Positions 58,128 through 64,000 of a stretch of DNA of 64,000 nt are shown in pieces. The first letter of the stretch is position 1, and every line of letters begins with the position of its first letter. Position numbers and translations under genes: made by a program. The notes beneath the pieces were generated by a model, which did not search any database, was not told the DNA's origin, and was given only the letters and a program-made list of their open reading frames with translations. The stretch lies in assembly GCA_951406725.2 (NCBI GenBank), contig OX597839.1:40052001-40116000 (forward strand), given 5' to 3'. The DNA comes from Octopus vulgaris (taxonomy: Eukaryota).

Positions 58128-58523
58128 CAGCAAAATGTGGAAGCTGAAGACTAAAACAATACCTGTTGTCATACCCGGGAATGATAGCGAAAGGGACTGA
58201 TTGCTACCTAACTCAGATACCAGGAAACCCCAAAATGGCAGAAATTCAAAAGATAGTGCTCATGGGAACTGCTCATATCCTACGAAAAATACTCTATATG
58301 TAATCCCAAGGTTTAAAACAAACTTTTTTTTTATTTTTATGTTTTATTTTTTAAATTTAAAAAAAAAATTTTATATTTATGTATTAGACATTCACTAGTA
58401 CAACACCAAAAAAATAAAAAAAAGAAAACCCAAATATATGGCACAGAACTTCCAACCTGTTGTCTCTTGAGGTCTCTGGGTCAAAGACTTGGAGCCAACT
58501 TGTACAGAAGTAAAGAGTAAAAA
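58128..58523 (+). mobile_element. 3' end of a second R4/Dong-like LINE subfamily, inside (TAA)n
   Basis: SKMWKLKTKTIPVVI..GMIAKGTDCYLTQIPGNPKMAEIQKIVLMGTAHILRKILYM*; (TAA)n on both sides. Confidence 0.85.
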
Positions 58524-58572
<49 letters not shown>

Positions 58573-58782
58573 TAATAACAATATTAGTGCAAAGCGCAAT
58601 ATCAATAACCACAACAACAATTACATTTTGAAAAAACGACCACAGTAAATAAATTGACCACAAGAAAATTTGCAAAATGGCGACAATGAAATATAATATT
58701 ACGTCTGGGGAAGTTATTGTTACTGGGATTGTTGTTGTAATTTTTGACGTTGTTGTTATTGCGGTTGCTATTTCTGTCAATA

Positions 58783-59336
58783 TTCGGTCATCCCATAAAT
58801 ATTGCGCTTTTTATGCTTCTGTTATTTTTCAAAATTAAAATAAAGTACTTTTTAAATCTAAAATGTACTCTCCTTCATTTTCTACAATGTTCTTCCATCT
58901 ATCTGGTAGACTTGTTAAGTCACCTCTTCCAAAATTCACTTGTCCGTGACGAAAAATACCACCTAGTACTGTTCTGACATCGTCTAAAGAATTCGTATTT
59001 TAACTGTCCAAATGATTTTGAAGAGTGCCGAATAAATGATAATAAGATGGGGAAATATCCGGTGAATATGGTGGGTAGAGCATCGTTTCCCATTCAAACG
59101 GCTCCAGCATTTGGAATGTTATTCTCGTTGTATGTGGCTGAGAATTATCCTGATAAACAACACCTTTCATCTTGAAACAAAACAAAAAGAAATGATCGTT
59201 TTTCTTCTAGCACAGGTGTCTATGAATAGTCGAGTGTCCAAATACAAACTTCTCTACTGGATCCTCAACGGTTACGAGAGGATTTTGTTCTACCAGGATT
59301 TGCAAAACGTCTTCGTCGAGTTCTACAGACGTTCCA
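58783..59336 (-). mobile_element. Internally deleted mariner transposase pseudogene with one terminal repeat
   Basis: HTH-like DEDVLQILVEQNP..HSTIHRHL; catalytic-region QDNSQPH..YPPYSPDISPSYYHLF; C-terminal EFWKR..LPDRWKNIVENEGEY; TA|TTCGGTCATCCCATAAAT end. Confidence 0.88.
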
Positions 59337-59421
59337 AATAGATAGAAAGATAGATAGATAGATAGATAGGTAGATAGATAGATATATGGATAGATAAATA
59401 GATAGATAAATAGATAGATTT

Positions 59422-59737
59422 GTTTCTTTATTAGCCACACAGGGCTGCACACAGACAGAACAAATTACAGGGTAGAGCTTTTCTTTTGGGGGAAAAAAAA
59501 AAAAAAAAAAAGGAAGGGGGGGTTTTCGATCAAAAGGGATCGTAAAAGGAAAGAAAGAGGACAAAAAAGGGGAGGATTAAAAAAAAAGGGGGGAGACAAG
59601 GGGAGAGGAAAAAAAATTGATCAATAGGGATGGAACCCGTGGAAGGAAAAGCCTACGGAAAAGACCACGGTAACCTCGGTCAATGAAGTCACATGTTATA
59701 TTTTTCTTTTTTTTTTGCAAATAAGCAACTCTCTGTA
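59422..59737 (-). mobile_element. 3' UTR fragment of the Tx1-like LINE, inside (GATA)n
   Basis: The reverse complement matches 61355-61694; (GATA)n on both sides. Confidence 0.8.
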
Positions 59738-59738
59738 T

Positions 59739-59825
<87 letters not shown>

Positions 59826-60255
59826 GTAGATGGATGGATGGATGGATGGATGGATACATAGATAGATCGTGAGAGAAATACAATTATACAGAGGTTGAGT
59901 AACAGTTAGACAGACAAACAGACATACAGAGGGGAGTCGTACAACGAAAGGGGGGAAAACATTAAATATTGCAAGTATTATGTGAGTATAAAAAAGAGGG
60001 AGATAGGAAATTGGGGATAAATATATGGAAGGCGGATGTAAGAACATGGAAAATGACTTTGAAAGTAAGATTTGATGATAGATGGGGCAAAAGGGGACGA
60101 GGAGGAAGAGATAGAGTGAGAGATAGAGAGAGAGAAAGAGAGATAGAGAGAGAAAAGAATTGTATGAGAAACAAATTATCAAGTAGTGATAAGATTTTAG
60201 CGTTAGGAAATGATAGGCCGGAAAGGGATGGGATCATATATGTAAGGATATATAA

Positions 60256-60329
<74 letters not shown>

Positions 60330-60495
60330 CTATGTATAGATGTATGTACATATTAATGTATGTATCTTTATATATGCATACATGTACATTCAATTACCAT
60401 TTATATATATATATATATATAAACATAATTTCATGAATTTATCCCCTTTTTGTGTATCTAGTACTTGCTTCTTCTTTTAGAGGCCTTTTAATGTA

Positions 60496-60542
<47 letters not shown>

Positions 60543-61084
60543 CTATTTATCTAACTAAATGCACATACTACAAACACACACACATACAAGCACACACTAG
60601 AAAGTGGGAGAAAGAAGGTGAATCAGCATGAGCAGTAATAGGAAATAAGGAGAGAGAGGGCGAAAGAGGGAGAAAGAGAGAGAGAAAGAGAGGCAAATTA
60701 AAGTAGGGATTAAATGAAAAAGCCAGAGACACAGTAAAATTGAAAGGGAAAACAGTGAGAGAGGCGGAGAGACGAAGAGAGAGTCAAGAGTGAAGACATA
60801 GAAGCGATATGAAATAGAAAGAGAGATGTAATGGGAAGAGGGCTATATGCAGAGATAATGAGGGCGAACATGATTAGGTAAAATGAGATTGACTCAATTA
60901 GATGACAACACAGGAAACCCTAGATTTTAAACAAAGGCCAGCAATGTACATGAAAATCGTCGACATTTTGATAAATGCTATAAAATCGGGGCATGTCTCC
61001 CATCTGATGTAGTGTTACATTGCACGTACTCGCTCACTGTTGCAGATGAATGCTTTGGTGCACTTCGAGTGCATCGACCGCTTC

Positions 61085-61196
<112 letters not shown>

Positions 61197-61205
61197 ATAT
61201 CTATC

Positions 61206-61694
61206 TTCTTCAAGTACCACTTGAAAAGGAAAGTGAGAGTAGAGAGGCAAGTTTTGTCTAGCGAATGTTTTAAAAGAAGATGGGTGAATGTAGCAAGGAT
61301 GGCACGTATGAATGACGAAGCCACCTTGAGCATAATCCTATGAACCCAGAAATTTAAAACAGAGGGTTACCCACTTGCAAACAAATGTGGTAACATATAA
61401 CAATATTGACCGAGGTTACCGTGGTCTTTTTCGTAGGCTTTTCTTCCCACGGATAAACTTTATCTGCTTTCCCCTTTACACCGTACATCATGACACTGTG
61501 ATACACGATCCCTATTGATCGTTTTTTTTTCTTCATCCCCTTTTTTCTTTTTTCTTTTGTTTTGTTTCTTTTCCTAGGTTTACGATCCCTTTTGATCGAA
61601 AACCTACGCCACTTTTTTTTCATCCTCCAAAAGAAAAGCTCTACCTTGTAATTTGTCCCATCTGTGTGCAGCCCTGTGTGGCCAATAAAGAAAC
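61206..61694 (+). mobile_element. 3' end of an L1/Tx1-like LINE (ORF2 C-terminus, 3' UTR, AATAAA)
   Basis: FFKYHLKRKVRVERQVLSSECFKRRWVNVARMARMNDEATLSIIL* resembles Tx1-clade ORF2 C-termini (R.R.E...F..RW). T-rich UTR; (CTAT)n on both flanks. Confidence 0.65.
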
Positions 61695-62196
61695 TTATCT
61701 ATCTATTTATCTATCTAACTATCTATTTAGATGAATTAACTTTCAGTTAATACACTCACAATATTTGGAGAGAAAGGTTTTCTTAAATTTAAAAGTATTA
61801 ATTACATAATCCCCCCCGCAAAAAAAAAGTAAGGCATATTAACAAAGCTCTGATGGAAGGAAACTTGTGGCGTGTTAACGGAAGCACTCTTTGCAGATAG
61901 ATAGATAGATAGATAGATAGATTGGTGGATATATATATAAAATATCAATGTTTTAGTTTTGCATTGTGTATATGCGTGTGAGAAATAAGAATAATTCAGG
62001 ATCATAAACATCCGTATATACACACCCATATATTTACCTCTCTATTTAACTGTCTAGCGATCTGACTAGCTATCGATCATTCTATCTGCATATATTTTTA
62101 CTCTCCTTACAAAAAGAAAAACACTTCTATGTGCGCATCCGTTCACATACATTGTTACATAACAAGAAACACAGAGTCAGACACAGACATACATCA

Positions 62197-62238
<42 letters not shown>

Positions 62239-62359
62239 GCCCTCCAATCTATCCAGCCATTCATCTGTCTGTCTCTCACTCTCTTTCTTACTGTGTCTGT
62301 CATCCTTCCTTGCTCATTCTATCCACCTCTATCTCTGTCACTCTTCCTCTCTCTATCAA

Positions 62360-62392
<33 letters not shown>

Positions 62393-62419
62393 TCCTCTCT
62401 CTGTACATATGCATACCTA

Positions 62420-62635
62420 CGAAAGGGTGCTGGAAAGTTCTTTGGTTTAAGGGTGTCGCAAAAGGCCTGCTCGGAGGCCCAAATTTAGAGTTCCTTTCCA
62501 GAACTTAGAAAACTGAAGGATCGCTGCAAAAATGTGTGAATCGGAGAGGGGAATATATTGAATAAAATCTTAATTAACTTATCTTCGTGTATTTTATTTT
62601 ACGCAAACACAGGAACTTTTCTGCACCACCTCATG
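62420..62635 (+). mobile_element. Mariner-derived MITE
   Basis: TIRs CGAAAGGGTGCTGGAAAGTTCT / AGGAACTTTTCTGCACCACCTCA; internal relic of the transposase C-terminus (LRKLKDRC..CVNRRGEYIE*). Confidence 0.8.
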
Positions 62636-62669
62636 TATGTATGTGTGTGTATACATACATACATATACA

Positions 62670-62751
<82 letters not shown>

Positions 62752-63682
62752 CAAACATATATATATGTATATACATACATATACAAATATACATTCACAG
62801 CAGACAAACACAAACATGATGTTTATAGAGTCAATCACTGGTAACTTTCATACACCTGTATAAGCATATATACGCTACTAGATATGTACATACATGCAAA
62901 TATACATTCATATATTTAGCCACCTATCTATCTATACTATCTCTTTGTCTGTCCGTCTGTCTGTCTATCAAAATATCTGCATATCTAGCTATCCACACAC
63001 TGCTGTAAAGTCGGACGCATCCACAAACATACGCACGTACATACGAAATCTCATGCATTTATGCATACACATAGCTAGAAAATATTGAATTGACTAGAAG
63101 CGATGGTTAAATTTGAAGCCATTAGAAACAGGCCGTTAGCAATTAAACGCCGCCGCCATATTTTCTTATATTTTCTTCATTATATTTCTCTTTCTTTCTC
63201 TCACATATTCACATCTTTCTGCTGTTTCGTTTTATTGTTTTCCCCAGTTTGTGTATTTGAACAAATATGAGTTAAGATCAATTTAGAAAATTAATAATAA
63301 CACGACATCTTTTCCTCTTTATCATCACCTCCACCATTTTCGATTAAATTATTTGAAAAATGAAAACTTGAAGTATAACAACCCATCACCGCACACCTCT
63401 CTCTCCGTTATCGCCACCTTCTCCGGCTTCTTACCCTCTCCACACATCCTCATATCCTCCAGCTCTTCATCTCCTTCAGCTTCTCTTCCACCTCTCGTCT
63501 TTGTTTATTCGCATAATTGTATCGAATTTTTATTTCATTTAGAAATTTCGTAACAACATAAAATGTAAATATTTTGAATAATTTACCTTTGTTTGAGAAA
63601 TACTTACATACACTCGTTCGCTTAAACAAACACTGCCCCTAGAAACGTGTGCACACTCACATACACAGCCACACATATATGC

Positions 63683-63731
<49 letters not shown>

Positions 63732-64000
63732 TTCATATATGTATATCAATATATGTCTATATCTATAAATATAATATATATATTATGCATATATATATAT
63801 ATGTTATATATATATATATATATACATACGAAAACATAAAGATATATGTATAATATACATATGTGTAGAAACGAGACTTAAGTTATACAAATATAACATA
63901 TCTCCTTCCTAGCATATCCTCACATACACACACTAACATGCACACACACACACGCGCACACACAGCATATAATCGGCCTATATATTTCTCTTTATTCTTC

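Overview
Eukaryotic, AT-rich, microsatellite-saturated DNA from an intron or gene desert. The repeat style suggests a cephalopod (Octopus-like) genome; this is an inference. No intact host gene is recognisable, and almost every ORF in the track is translated microsatellite. The window holds at least four tRNA-headed SINE families, 5'-truncated LINE relics of three clades (R4/Dong-like, CR1-like, Tx1-like), a mariner relic, several MITEs and a complete non-autonomous Helitron. The most notable observations are: (1) a Tx1-like LINE whose three copies all sit in (CTAT)n in the same orientation, and whose 3' end matches the tail of a SINE that forms self-nested arrays; (2) several Penelope-type minimal hammerhead ribozyme motifs in short elements next to microsatellites; (3) a 1.5-2 kb unit repeated three times in tandem beside the Helitron, carrying an unidentified coding-like cassette and independently expanded (CAC)n tracts; (4) a candidate 31/28-nt NAGNAG micro-exon. 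All family assignments come from motif recognition by eye, with no database search.
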